64,000 bases of DNA, taken from Kondoa subrosea. Lineage: Eukaryota. A program made the position numbers and the translations under genes. This document shows positions 39,371-51,931 of this stretch, piece by piece (position 1 is the stretch's first letter; every line of letters begins with the position of its first letter). The notes beneath the pieces were generated by a model. That model saw nothing but the letters and a program-made list of their open reading frames with translations. It did no database searches and was not told where the DNA came from. The DNA lies in the NCBI GenBank assembly GCA_039545335.1, contig BCIN01000002.1:3205564-3269563 (forward strand), read 5' to 3'.

Positions 39371-40987
39371 ATGCTCTGGATCCAGCCGCTGGAAGAGCGC
39401 ATTCGCCTGCCATGGTTATATAGTGCAGTAGCCGTACTGAGTTCGATTCTGATCTATGCACTACCTGCCAATCAATTGCGTGATGTCCTGCTGGGGATAA
39501 CTATTGTCGCTCTATATCTTATACCGTCATTTGTCGACTCAATGGCGAATACTATCGAAACCGCAGGTCAAGCGGCATTTTCTGTTGGCATAGGTACTAA
39601 TCTTTCAACCGTATTCTGCGATATCTGACGTTGCTCCCTAGTTCTTCAGTATGCTGTCTTTCTTTATACGAAACTCGTAAAGGCTCAAGACTGTATGTAG
39701 CCTCATCGATCGGATTTGGCTCAGCAGCCTCGAAACCGATTTCCAGCGCATCGTCGGCGAAGACGAGAATGGGAAATTGGTATTCGAAGAGGTGCCGAAA
39801 GCTCTGACCTGGAAGCGCTTCAAGTGGGCAGCAGAGCTATCCACAACGTATGCGGTTTTCTTATATCTCTGCAAGCGTTAATCAAGTTGCGCCTTAGATA
39901 TCGAGGTGTTGGTTGGAACTTCCTCATAAGAAATACTCCACCAGTCGTCAAGCGAAGCAGAATACGCTTTTTTATCACTGGAATAGTTAAAGGTTGTCTA
40001 CTCTACGCCGTGGCCGATTTGATCTTTCTTCCCCTCTCGTATCTCGCATGGCCTCTGACCGATCTCAAATTGAGCAATATGTACCCAATCGCTCGAATGG
40101 CTTTCTACGCTCTTGCCATGATTCGATTTTACGGCATCTTTGTCACTCCGTTTTACGTAAGGCTTGTTTTCCCTGTCAAATCTTGTTAGATCTGACGAGG
40201 AGCTAAACAGTGGGTAGAAGCGCTACTTGTGTGGGCAAAAGTATACGAGCCGACTTCGTTTGTCGACATCTTTGGATCGTTGAAAGAGGCAGACAGCATT
40301 CTCAACTTCTGGAATAAAACGTAAGCTGCCGTTGTAGTCTATATACCGTTCAAGCTGATTTGGTTCATCTGTAGATGGCACCGTAAGCTAATGCTACCAG
40401 CAATTCCAGAAGTATGCTGACAATTTCGATAAGCAGAAGCCTACAGGAGACCTATGTCCCGCCTATCGCATCGAATACTGAAAGCCATGGGTCTCAAATC
40501 CAATACACTACCTTACGCGGTGTTGCACATCCTGATTGTATTTCATATCTCAGGTAAGGTTACAGGCTTGATGCAAGATCAGATCGAGGAGTTAATGCTT
40601 GACCAGGCTTCTTTCACAAGCATATGGTGGAACTCATCAGTAGTACCCACTCTGGGTGGGATCAAGTTATCTTCTTCCAATTACAGGCGATCGCAATCAT
40701 TCTTGAAATGATCGTGGGAACATGGACCAAGGTTCGACTACCAAGATGGATCGGCTATTTGAAAGTTATGGTTTGGCTGTACTATACTGCGCCCTTCTAC
40801 GTTGACGAGCAAATGCAAGCTGGGTGTAAGTCTTCCCTCTTTTCAGGTACACGCCGTTCTGAAGATCGAGACAGATTGGGCAGAACCGTTGGACCACATG
40901 ATAGTGCAGGGTTTAGTCAAAAGGCAAGGTTTTGTCAACTACGACGCGATGATGAGGAGCTGGAAATGGGTTAAATACAACTATTAA
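39371..40987 (+). CDS. MBOAT (wax synthase/TRI7-like) O-acyltransferase, paralog 2
   Basis: Same motifs and intron positions as paralog 1: WKRFKWA, YRGVGWNF, FWNKTWHQAYRRP, FFQLQAIAIILE. Confidence 0.85.
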
Positions 40988-41213
40988 GCGAGTGAAGTGT
41001 TGTCTGCTCTATATGTACGACTACTAATGATTGGATTTCAATATAATCTTCCTCTGATTCGCGATTTTCAATGAAGGAATGGTCGACCTCTTTTGAGTCA
41101 GTAGTAGCAAATTACGCGTTGGTATCACTAGAATTACAGAAATGCTAATGAATGAGCCTCGATACAAGTACACATTCTGCCTGAAAGAGAGACCCGATTA
41201 CAGCCCCAATCTT

Positions 41214-41886
41214 TCAGCTCTTCCCTCTGATCGCATTCTCCAATATCGGCTCCAGCTATGCTAAATCTTTAGCAGTGTGACAAATACTGAAATTGTCGTA
41301 CGCACGAGCAATTCCAATTGAGCTGGAGTAGCCCTTCTCGCTACCTCCTGCAAACGTCCTTTCAATTTTGCCGGTTCAGCAATCAACCAAGGTTGAGCGA
41401 ATTCGATCAGAGGAGAGCAATCCAGTTCACAAGCCGCCAAGAAGATATCCATTGCATAGAAACGCATACTATTGACAGATTCCATCAGCGGTCGACAAAA
41501 TAAAGGATAATTGCCAATGACCTATAATTTGAAAGTTGCCAAATCGCGTACTCCTTTGCTCTAGGTATATCAAGCTTATCCGATGCCCGCAATACATCCA
41601 ATAATAAAGTATAATTGCATTTCCTCTCGATAGCAGGATCAGGGTAACAAAATGGTAAGATAATTTCCAAAAGCTTTGATGTTTCACTCATGTGTACTTC
41701 TTGTGATTGGGAAGAGGAAGAAGAAGATGAGAAGGAGAACATGTCTGAGAAAATGTTGGAAGCTGTTGTAAGGTATAATTTGTGACAGGAGAAAGTGATT
41801 CCATCTGAAGAGATAAGATGAATATCAGGCGTTCCATAATTTGATCCAATAACGCGAATCTGTTGAGTTTCTGTTGAGATGGTCAT
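41214..41886 (-). CDS. BTB/POZ domain protein (3' end tentative)
   Basis: PDIHLISSDGITFSCHKLYL..ASNIFSDMF...MSETSKLLEIILPFCYP...VLRASDKLDI; two predicted introns. Confidence 0.8.
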
Positions 41887-42332
41887 GGTCTTGAAGCGAA
41901 AGGAGAAGAGGAAGATAGAAGCAAAGCGAGAAAGAAGCTCAAGATTGCGGGACTCCTAGGAGGAGAGCCGCGAAAGCAGAGATAGGAGCCCACGAATGAC
42001 AAATGAGTGGTAGTCACTATTCACCAATACGCGTAGAGCAGCTTGATAGGCGAGCCTTGGTTGCGGAGACAGAGACGAAAGGGTCGACCCACGCCCAGAA
42101 ATTGCAGTCTACTGGAGGAAGCACATGTCACGTAATAATCTAGTAATGGCGCCATAGTGAGAGGTCTGAAAAGGTATTTAGGATGCAGCAAGTCTTCTCT
42201 CGAGCTGCTACATTTAGGCCTGGAAGAAAGAAGTGTGCAAATCTCTCGACCTTGGCTTTCAGCAAGCGGCCATGTTGCGATACCTGTAGCGGTGATATCC
42301 ACAAGATCTATACCACACAGTGACTGCCAGTC

Positions 42333-45148
42333 ATGAGTGCAAAACTGTACGCTGTCCGTTCCGCAGGTTGTCATTTAATGACATATCATCGTGAACAGCA
42401 TTATACGCCCTGCACCCAACTCCGACTATGTCATCGGTTGGCCTGGTATACCAGCAGCCTCAGCAAGTCAAAAGGGAGCTCATTTGGCTGGATCTGTCGA
42501 AATTATCCCTACAAAAGCGAAAGGCACAAAAGCTGTATGGCTCAAGATTGGGCTGAAGAAGCTGGAGACAGTCAATGACAAGGGAGCCGTGAACAGGTAC
42601 AAGGAAATCATATCCCAAGTCACTTTATGGCAAGCCGGTTCAGCAAAGCGCAAAGTTCAAGGCGATGCACATGATGGTCCAACGGAACAGCTGCAACAGA
42701 AAGAGTTCCAATTCGAGATATCTCTTCCCGAAGGTCTTCCTCCCTCTGTCATGCTCTCACGAGAAACAAATCACGGAGTTTCTTATGAGCTTGTCGCTAC
42801 TCTCAAGCACGTTCAAAGCAGTTCTTCATGCTTTTCTAGCCCAAAACTCACCGAGACAACGCACAATACTGTCGTTGTATTGGATAAATATGAGTTGCTA
42901 CCTTCTTGGCCGATATATATTCATCGTAGTCAAGTCGAGAATATTTCAGTCGCTGATCAAGGACTCTGGATGAACATCAATCGCCCAACATCAGCTTATG
43001 GTCCTGGAGATTCAATTGTGCTTACAGTCCATATTGGTGCTAGCAGACCGGATCCAATCAAACTTCTTCGAATAGCAATGACTTTGAAGGAAGTCATCAC
43101 TGTGAATCCGCAAGCTAATGCTGAAGCAAGCCAACTGTTTAATGATGTGGTCAGTACTCAACTTCCGATCGATATAATCATGCAAGGACAGCAGTCTTTC
43201 GGCATTGAAGGCCTTATTCCTCAAAATCATCCTCGAATTTCAGTCACAAGCGCTAAACACTTGGCTGTTAGCTATCACTTGAAGATCTCTGCATTTTTAC
43301 AACAAGCCAACGGACCTGAATTTCCACCTCTAGTAGTTGATAATTTGCCAGTCGCAATGGGTAATTGGACTACTCAGCAGGCTTACGTCGTTAAAGACAA
43401 GATTCTGACGGCCTGTGGTCATGTTCCTTACTTTCTCGACGCACCTTTATCTCCTCAACCTTCTCCAAATCCTAATCTTCCGCTTCGTCAAGAATCGTTT
43501 CAGCAATATGCATCCTCTTCTGCACCTAATCGGCTGTCAGCATACAATGACCTATCTGCTTCTCCTAGGCCCGACAATGCTATATCGGAAAGAAACTTCT
43601 CTGCTCCTTCAACCCGACCTACAACAGCTCCTTCTGAAGATTCGCATGCAAACCGAGTATCATTAGGAGCTAATCGACAGTCTTCTATACTTGTAGCCGA
43701 TGCAAAAAGACGTATTTCTTCCAATACAGCTAAAAGGAACTCTTCTTACACTTTCGGACCTCCTTCACCTAATGCTCAGCAATTAGAAACTCCTGATATT
43801 CCTCCTCCTCCTTTACCTAATCAAGAAATACCTATACCAAGTAATGGCGAGGAAGAGAAAGTGAGATTGTACGAAGCTGCGCAGAGAGAAACGCGAGAGA
43901 GGAATAGAAGCAACGGAGAAGATTTACCTGATTCTTATTTGGACGTAGCGAGAGAGAAGCAGAGGGCTTATCAAGATGCTTTTGCTCAACAAGGTGGTCC
44001 ATTACCATCTTCGGCTTCGACGATGAACGGGGTAGCCAGTACGAGTGGAAGTGGCTTCGTAGAAGATGCCGCTGTCTCCGCCTGTGCGTTTTCCTCTATT
44101 GGTCGAGGAGATGAGCTGATCAAGCAATTTAGACGCAAATGCTGTTCGAGAAAGAGAGATGCGATCTGTATCTTCACGAGTGACCCCATCAAAAAGTCAT
44201 GCTCCTACAAGTGCAAGCGAGGAAAAAGCTCGATTGGCTAGAGAATATCGACCGCTCCTACCACCTACGCCTGGCAAATCTCTGCCTGAACCTTCTTCTT
44301 CCATCACTCGGTCTGTTAGCCTTCAATCTGCGCATACCTTTACAACGGAAAAAGAGGCTTATCTGGCTGCTGTTGCTGCAAGAGAAGCTAAACGAGTCAT
44401 GTCCGACCCTGGTCATTCCGCTTTGAGAGAAGAGTCTGGAGATACTTTTGGCACAATTCGACTACAAGCGCAAGAACAATCGCCCATTACTCCACAGAAA
44501 GACTGGGTTTCATCACCTGTCGCTGAGAGACAAGATTACGGACAAATTGGAATAGGTCGAGCTCAGCCAGCAAGAAACAACATACCTGTAACTATTGATC
44601 CGAGCATGCCATCAGCTATGGAAGAGAAAGCACGGCTCAGGCAGCAGATGATGGCTCAAGAGACAGATCAAGAGAGTTATTCTGCTGAACCAACTAGTCT
44701 CACTTCTCCTCTTGAAAGTGACTTCTCTCATGATTCTGCTCGATTACCGTATACGGACCCAATTAGAAGAGAACATACACCTCCACCTCGATTGAGTACG
44801 CCTGCATTTGGGTCAACTTTGTCAACGAGTCACTGGTTACCGAACAGTGCTGGATCAGAAATGTCTCATAACGCAATTACACAACTTTATGCACCTCCTT
44901 CTCCTTCTGTAGCACCAACAGACACAGATGTTTCCTTCGATACTTCTACTTCCCTTCATCGGGATCCTTCTATTTCTCTAGGCAAAAGAAGAGCAGTCGA
45001 TACTCCGCCGATGCCTGAAAGACCTGTGAACCATTACGCTATGTCATATCAAACGGTTATGTCGACTGATAGCTTTCAAACGGCTGAAGATGGAATCTAT
45101 GAACCGATGGATCACCAGCCTACCAGACCGCCTAAAATACCTTACTGA
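42333..45148 (+). CDS. Arrestin-like (alpha-arrestin fold) protein with a long Pro/Ser-rich tail
   Basis: IIRPAPNSDYVIGWPGIP..AHLAGSVEI, FQFEISLPEGLPPS..GVSYELVATL, AYGPGDSI, LAVSYHLKI; introns at about 42347-42398 and 44072-44131. Confidence 0.72.
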
Positions 45149-45437
45149 TTTGGGTTTGAAATGATGAGAATTGAATTGTATAGGGAATACCAGAGACACA
45201 TGGACAATTTATCAGTAATATGTTTAGACTTTAGCTGACTCACCTCAAGGGAGTTGTAATTCTCGAACATTTCTTGTCATTTAACAGCGACTGCCCAAAT
45301 ACCTGATCTCAGGCTACTGCTTCAAAAGGGCCATACCACCGAAAGGAACATACCCTTTCCTGACTGCAAACCTTCGGTGAATCCCGAGCTGCCTGCGAAG
45401 TGAAGTTTGAATAAATCTTGTGCTCAAACGCAACACG

Positions 45438-46380
45438 ATGCCTGGTCTCAATTTCGTGCAACTGGAGTACGACAATCCAATGCATGTCGCTGAACTCAAG
45501 AGGCAGCGAGTTTGCTGCGGCTGGGACTTGACGGATGAAATTATCGACTTATGGCTTGAGCATTGCAAAGCAGGTGACAAAGTGAATATAATGGTACTAC
45601 TACCGCTGCATTAGCGTTGATCTGATCAAAGGAGATCAGCTTATTTGGTTTCTTTTCCTGGAATCTGGCAATCTACAACTCGGTCCGGATGAAGTAGAGG
45701 TACTCAATGTTCAACTCAAAGGAAAGGGGATTACAGCACCACCACCTCCAGATCCAAATTTCGCTCCAATAGGTCATATAGCACTTGATTGGATTGACTA
45801 CAAGAATGATGAATCGCTTGCATGTCGCGCAACAGGAAGAATTACAGTAGCTACTTTCTTTATACTCAAATCGCAGCAAGGAAAACGATTTGGTAGAGCT
45901 GCAATGGATAGGGTTGAAGCGATTGCGGCTGAGGAACCACATAAAGCCAAAGTATTGACTTTATGCTCCATACCTGCTGTGAATGCTAAGAATCCTGGTG
46001 AGTTTCATTCTTTGTACTCAAGCGTGTAGTTCCTCTGACTGGATGGATAGAGTACTGGGCGAAATTTGATCGGGGTGGTCCTGACCCATTACCAACTGAA
46101 GAGTACGACATTGTGCTTCGATATTAGTAGCATTTTATAATTGTATGTGCAGCTGGTATGCCAGAAGAGGATATGTGCCCTAGTGAGTGCTTCAATCGTT
46201 CTTCTCATTGCTTGCTCTCATGCACCTTATTCAGTAAAACGGAATTTCGCTATCAAAGGAAAAACAATGCTGGTAAAATCATCGATATGGATTGTGTTGT
46301 GCGTTCCACTGAATTGAGTGCAGATCCAAATTCATCAATGCTTTAATTAGTTCATGGAGAAACATATTCAGCACAGCTGA
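45438..46380 (+). CDS. GNAT-family N-acetyltransferase-like protein, multi-exon
   Basis: ELKRQRVCCGW, PIGHIALD, ATFFILKSQQGKRFGRAAMDRVEAIA (acetyl-CoA-binding motif A), WYARRGY, FMEK. Confidence 0.75.
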
Positions 46381-46816
46381 GACAGATCAGCACAACGCCC
46401 GAGGCCGCCTTATTAGCTTTATAATCAAGAGGGTCCTCATGTCGGTGATCCCGGTCGGTGATTGTCTTGAATATGTCTCTGAGTAGTTAAAGCTGATCGT
46501 GGGCCGACTGGACAGGCACTCTTTGCAACCCACGGTCTTGGCGATCACTCCATGAATCTGGATGATTGCAAGATCCGCTGCAAGAGACAGACAACGATCA
46601 TGGGCGGGCCCTGCATTGGCGTAGCATATAAGCGGGGAAGCGATCATCCATGCTAGTCTAATCTAGGGAATTTAGGCTTTTTTGACTCTCGCTTTCATGC
46701 GACCACTTTTCCGCGACATTTGCTTATTTTGACTTGCGATCTCAAATCCACTGCTTGTTTCACTGAATGAAGGCGTGCCGCAAAGCAGAGCGCCCTCTTA
46801 TATCCTTCTCACTTTA

Positions 46817-48402
46817 ATGCCACCAACGTTGCGCTTGGTAGAGCAACCGAGCTTTTCAATCTGCGTTGTTGTGAATTTAACTCCGGATTTGCAATTATGT
46901 GTTTATTGATCAACCAGTGTGTGCCTTCTCTCTTATAGGGCTGCGGTGGTGGTCCAGATGAGGTGTTCTCCTTTGGCTCGCTTGCAAGTTCCAGGTTGAC
47001 CATATCGTGATAGACGAATCTATCTTCCTACTTGGTCAAGCTACACGAGAAGCCTTGGAGCGATGGTGTCGTAGCACTGGAAGGAGGTATACTTCAAATC
47101 TATGACTGTCCTTTTATGGCTCTAACCTGGAATCAAAGGCTCTGGCATTGGTGCAATAGCAAGACTCATGGATTCTGGCTGTTTTTCGGAATTCAATATA
47201 CCTGCAACAGCAACCACGAATCATGCAAAAGCGATTCATATACTTTCTTTGATTTCTTCATGTAAGTCGATATCAAAATCCGCGATTCGATTAGAAAGAA
47301 GTACTGATTCTTGCACGAGCAGTCGTTATATCTCACGCTCATTTCGATCATATTTGTGGTCTAGTACTATGCGGTGGCATGTGTACGCATACTAAACCTA
47401 TTTACGGGTGTTTGCGAACATTACAGAACTTGTCCAAGATCTTCGAGTCCGTTGTCTCTGCCCTATTGTAATTCTATTATTGAGCTTGGCTAACATAAAA
47501 GCAATAGTGGTGGACTATGGCCGGCTTTAGCAAGCTGGGAAGGTGATTCAAACGCAATAGCCTATGTCTACAAACCGTTCGTGTTTTGGCTCTTTGCCCT
47601 TCTTGACCCACTTAAGCAATCAATTCAGTTTACCGCTCTCCCCTGCTCTAGCTTATCCAGCTTCTGGTCTCTCAATACAAGCAATGGCAGTCTCGCATGG
47701 TGTTTTTGCTGGAGATGATGCATACGACAGTACAGCTTTCTTCTTCTCCGATGCGAAAGGCCAGCAATTCTTGTTCTTTGGCGATGTAGGTCCAGGTAAG
47801 TCCTGATCTGGTGGTGTATGAGTCATATGTTGATCGCAAATTGATAGATTCCCAAACTACGCGACCGAGAAACGCACTGGTTTGGAAAGAAGCTGCTCTA
47901 TCTATATCTCAAGGTCGACTCTCGACCATCTTCATAGAGTGTTCCTATCCTGTGAGTCGAAGGTAATTTAAGCTAACTTTCAGCTAAAACTTCTTTCGAT
48001 CTTACAGTCCGATAGAGATCCTCGCTTACTGTTTGGACATCTGTCGCCTCCTTTCTTGTACGAAGAATTGCGAGTGTTGGCAAGAGAAGTTCAAGCATAC
48101 ACGAATGCCACATCGCTACCTCTAAGCGGTATAAATAGTACGTTTTCCTTTTCCCCTGGCCGCAAACATATAAGCTGATAAGGACAATGATGATTTTAGT
48201 ATGTGTGATACATATCAAAGATTGTACAGATCCTAGAACAGGAGTTAGTGAAGCTGCTACGACTATAGAAGAAGAACTATTAGAGTTAGAAAAGAGGGAA
48301 CAATTGGGTATCAATCTGGTCATAGTGAAACAGGGTATGACTTTAGGTGAGTTACTCTGTCTGGAGTGAGAGAAGTGTCTGATAACATGTACAGAGTTGT
48401 AA
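46817..48402 (+). CDS. PDE1: Class II (low-affinity) cAMP phosphodiesterase
   Basis: VVGCGGGPDETNLSSYLV, ALEGGSGIG, ISHAHFDHICGL, AVSHG...YDSTAFF, LFFGDVGPD, IFIECSY, LFGHLSP, VIHIKD. Confidence 0.88.
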
Positions 48403-48613
48403 GATTGGGTCTAAGATGGATTGCTTGGGGTTTTCAAGTTTAGTTTGTATATGAGTGTACTTGTACATTTTAAGGATATCTTGATGCGCAATAGGATACA
48501 GATACAACATAACGAGTAGACCAGTCTCTTTCCTGTAAAAATGCAGCACGACTGAGATGTGAATCATCGAAAACAGGCTTGAGATGATTTACCTAATCCA
48601 ACCTTTCCCTATG

Positions 48614-49094
48614 CTACCTTGGGCTAATCACGATGACCAATGCGATAGCAGTCAACACAGCAACCGCTGTGACGCTAGCGAGAGCCCATCCAATCTCCAA
48701 GCGACTTAAAGGTTGGAATGCTGATTTCGATGCACCACTTCTCGAGACGTGTGTATCTGTCTCGCCTAGCATTTTCCAACCACCTCTTCCTTCCGAACCT
48801 GTGCACCGCTTCTTTATCCTAACCGTCTCATCGGTCAAGGCAAATGTGCAGCGCACCTTTATTGAATGTATTCATTTCCAAGCTCCTGTTGCCCTCTTCC
48901 TCGTCTTCATCGCTATCAAGATCTTCTTTATCATCGTCGACCTTTTCATTCTCTGGACTATTATTTGAGCTGCCTTGAGTGAAAGAACCGAAAGTAGGTG
49001 TATCGCTCGAATGAGGCTCGTAAGAATCTAGGTTGGCTTCGTACAAGAGGATGGAAGTGCTGGAGCTGTTCACTGACGGCGGAGAGGCAGGCAT
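48614..49094 (-). CDS. Small acidic protein with a single C-terminal TM helix (tail-anchored-like), one intron
   Basis: GTGCGC...CACAG intron joins ORF 48828-49094 in frame to ...PLSRLEIGWALASVTAVAVLTAIALVIVISPR*. Confidence 0.6.
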
Positions 49095-49328
49095 GACTTG
49101 ATGCGATCGAACGAGAAGTCACGGTCAAGAGCAACTGTGCTTTGACGCGAAAAGCTTGGGACGCAGCCATCACAAAATGCTGGAGATTTCAAGTATATAC
49201 ACTGTGCTATGCATGTCTAAACGAGTTGAACTTACTCACAATCCATCTATTTCTCGGAATTAGGTTCGAGCGGAACGACACTGTCCATCAAATACAGCCT
49301 CTTCTAGTCACCCTCTCGGTTTGCATGA

Positions 49329-50590
49329 TCATACAGTAGATCGCATCTCGCTCTCTTCTTTGACAATTGTATTTTCCCGCCGAAGTCCATCCATGTTGAG
49401 CGGAAGGGACTTGATAGGATTCGAGATGATCGCTATCAGCGAAGCAGCCAGAATAGGTCCAGCTTCCAAGATATAGAAGAAGTCTTGATTCAGCCGTACA
49501 TCAGTACATGTTTTTCATATAGAATGCGAAAGTTGACTCACATTCTCTCGTTATCAGATATCCAGCTCTCACTCCTTCTCCAGAAGCAAATTCTATCGTC
49601 CTAAAGATACTTCTGACCAATATACATGCGCTTCTACTCTCGTACGTAGCCATCAGCAAAAGTTCTTCCTCGCGACAAGGAGAAGAACTGACATGGCATA
49701 AAGTGTATACAGAACTCGAGTCCAACTTCCAGGTAAGATCCCACCTTTCCGTGCTCTGATTTGATAGATGATGGCGAAGACGAGGAAACATCCAAAAGCC
49801 ACGATTTGGATTACTGCATGTGAGCGTTAGACTCTACTATCTATATATCCATTGAATTGGAGAGACTCGCAGAATCCGATGGTAAGTATGATCTTGGCTG
49901 TGTTGAACAGAGATCTTTTCCCTGAGTATAATGCACCGCCTGGAAATGGAAATCAATCGAAAGCTTCGTGAGTACGACAACTGTGAAGCGCACCTGCTCC
50001 TTGCGTGACGAAAGACTATATACATCATATCAGACAATGAGAAGAAATGCACGTGGAGCATGCTTACCAGGATATCGAATCCAATGAATGTTTTTGCAAC
50101 TCTTGTCGGTCGAACATAGCTGTACTGAGGATCCACTTGGGCTATCAGACGTCCAAAGATGATATAGCAAGTCAATGCCATCAATACAGGTGCGAGAATA
50201 AGCGTCCTGCACACAGATATCAGCATGGTCATGCGGATGTTGAGAAGCGAAATACTGACAATTGCGAGCCTATGTAAAGCCCAAGTGAATAGGGATCTTC
50301 TGCAGAAACTTTTCTTATTCCATAGCCAACAGCTTCAGCTCCAACTGCCTATATTGTGCATTGTTAAGATTTCGTATCGATTGATCAATGCATCGACAAC
50401 TGACCAGGATATACCAGAGCATGTACTTCGAAGGATGTTTCCTTCTCCATTGTTGATACAACAGACAAAGAGTAAAGAAGGCAAAGATTGCAGCAACTGC
50501 TATGCTCGCAGTCTGGTTTGGGACATAAGCATAGAGAGGAAACTCGATCTCTCCATCGCTTCCTATCCTAGGTCTGTAGGGACTTGACAT
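49329..50590 (-). CDS. RTA1-like (Rsb1/RTA1 lipid-translocating exporter family) membrane protein
   Basis: LYAYVPNQTASIAVAAIF, LILAPVLMALTCYIIFGRL, KTFIGFDIL, ILVRSIFRTIEFASG..GYLITRE, FYILEAGPI. Confidence 0.88.
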
Positions 50591-51071
50591 GGCTGCATAG
50601 AACAAGAGGATGTGGCCATAGCAGTCGGGCACAAGAGCGAAGTTCAAGCCAAGATCATGCGATGAGCGGCGCCCGCAAGGTAATTGGCTTATGTAATCAA
50701 AGCAATGCGAACCTACAGTGAAATCGATGGATGTGCTGATACTAGAACTCTGATACTATGCCACCTACACTACATTCGGGTCTTATGATATCGCTTTCTT
50801 TACTGCCTCGATCCCATCGGCTGCTGCCTGACTCGCTTGATCTAGCAAACTTTGACCAGTTTGCGCTGCGCCTGTTGACCCTGATTCTGCTGCGAAGCGG
50901 TCGGCTATCACAAGATGAGCAGGAGAATGGATCAACAGAGATCAGCTGACCAGATGAAGGTGTATCAGTCTTGTCCAGCGGTTCAATCTGAGAATGAGAT
51001 AATGTATTGGCTGGAAAGAGCAAATTAGCTATGCCGAGCTTCAGAATCAGAACGAGCTTACTATCAGCTGC

Positions 51072-51519
51072 TCATGCAACGTCTCCTTGATGAGTACAAT
51101 GCTGAAATACAATTCCTTGATACGAACCTTCAGCGACCCCAGGACCTAGTTCTACTGTTCAGCAGCGTTCTAGACTAGTTCCAACCGGTGACAGACCTTT
51201 ATCTAAACCTCGAACTCCTCCAGCTGCATTCGCATCGTAGAGTTCTGCAAAAGCAAATGTCAGCTCAATTCGCCAATTGTATGACAAGCCTCTAACCTGC
51301 ATTGTTATCCTTTGCCTTATCTCCACTGCGTTGATATAAGCACTACTCTCGATTTATAAGGGAGAGTCTTACTAGACGCTTGATTCTGAAGGGTTGCGAA
51401 CACCCTGTAAATTAGTCAGCATCAGATTCGGCGACCGGAGAGGACTTTTCCAAGATAGAACTTACGACGTTGATATCTGAGCCCAAAGTGGGATTGAGAG
51501 AAGTATCGTTCAATGACAT
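51072..51519 (-). CDS. Six-exon 66-aa hydrophilic microprotein (absent from the ORF track)
   Basis: Five phase-consistent GT-AG introns give MSLNDTSLNPTLGSDINVGVRNPSESSVYGDKAKDNNAELYDANAAGGVRGLDKELGPGVAEGDVA*. Confidence 0.65.
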
Positions 51520-51931
51520 TATTTCGAGAGCTGATTCGAGAGGGTGTTCAGCTTGAGAAAGTCGCCTGTCCTTGATGGAAGCGTACTATCTGATCGGAGG
51601 AAAGCGAGTGGTAGTTTGCGTTCAACAAACGTGCGGAGAGAAAGGGATGAGCCAAATGAGATAAGAGAGATAAGAGACGTCATTCCCGAAAGCGGGGTAT
51701 TATTCTGTTGCACAAAGGGCTGAAGAGAAATAGCGAGACGTGAGGATGCAGGCAGGCGGTAGAATAGAGAACAAAAATCAGGCTATAGCTTCTTCGTGGT
51801 GATGGTTCGCTGATACGATTCCACCGTTTCCAAAAATGCCAGCAAGACTCTTTGGCAGTTCTTTGGTAGACACAGGCAAGTCAAGCAGCGAACTAGACCA
51901 CTAGCAGCCTGAATTGCCCCGAAAAGATGTA

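Noticed and set aside
51519..51713. 64-aa minus-strand ORF from the ORF track
   Set aside because: Pyrimidine-rich promoter/5' UTR-like sequence whose stop overlaps the microprotein ATG; no family features
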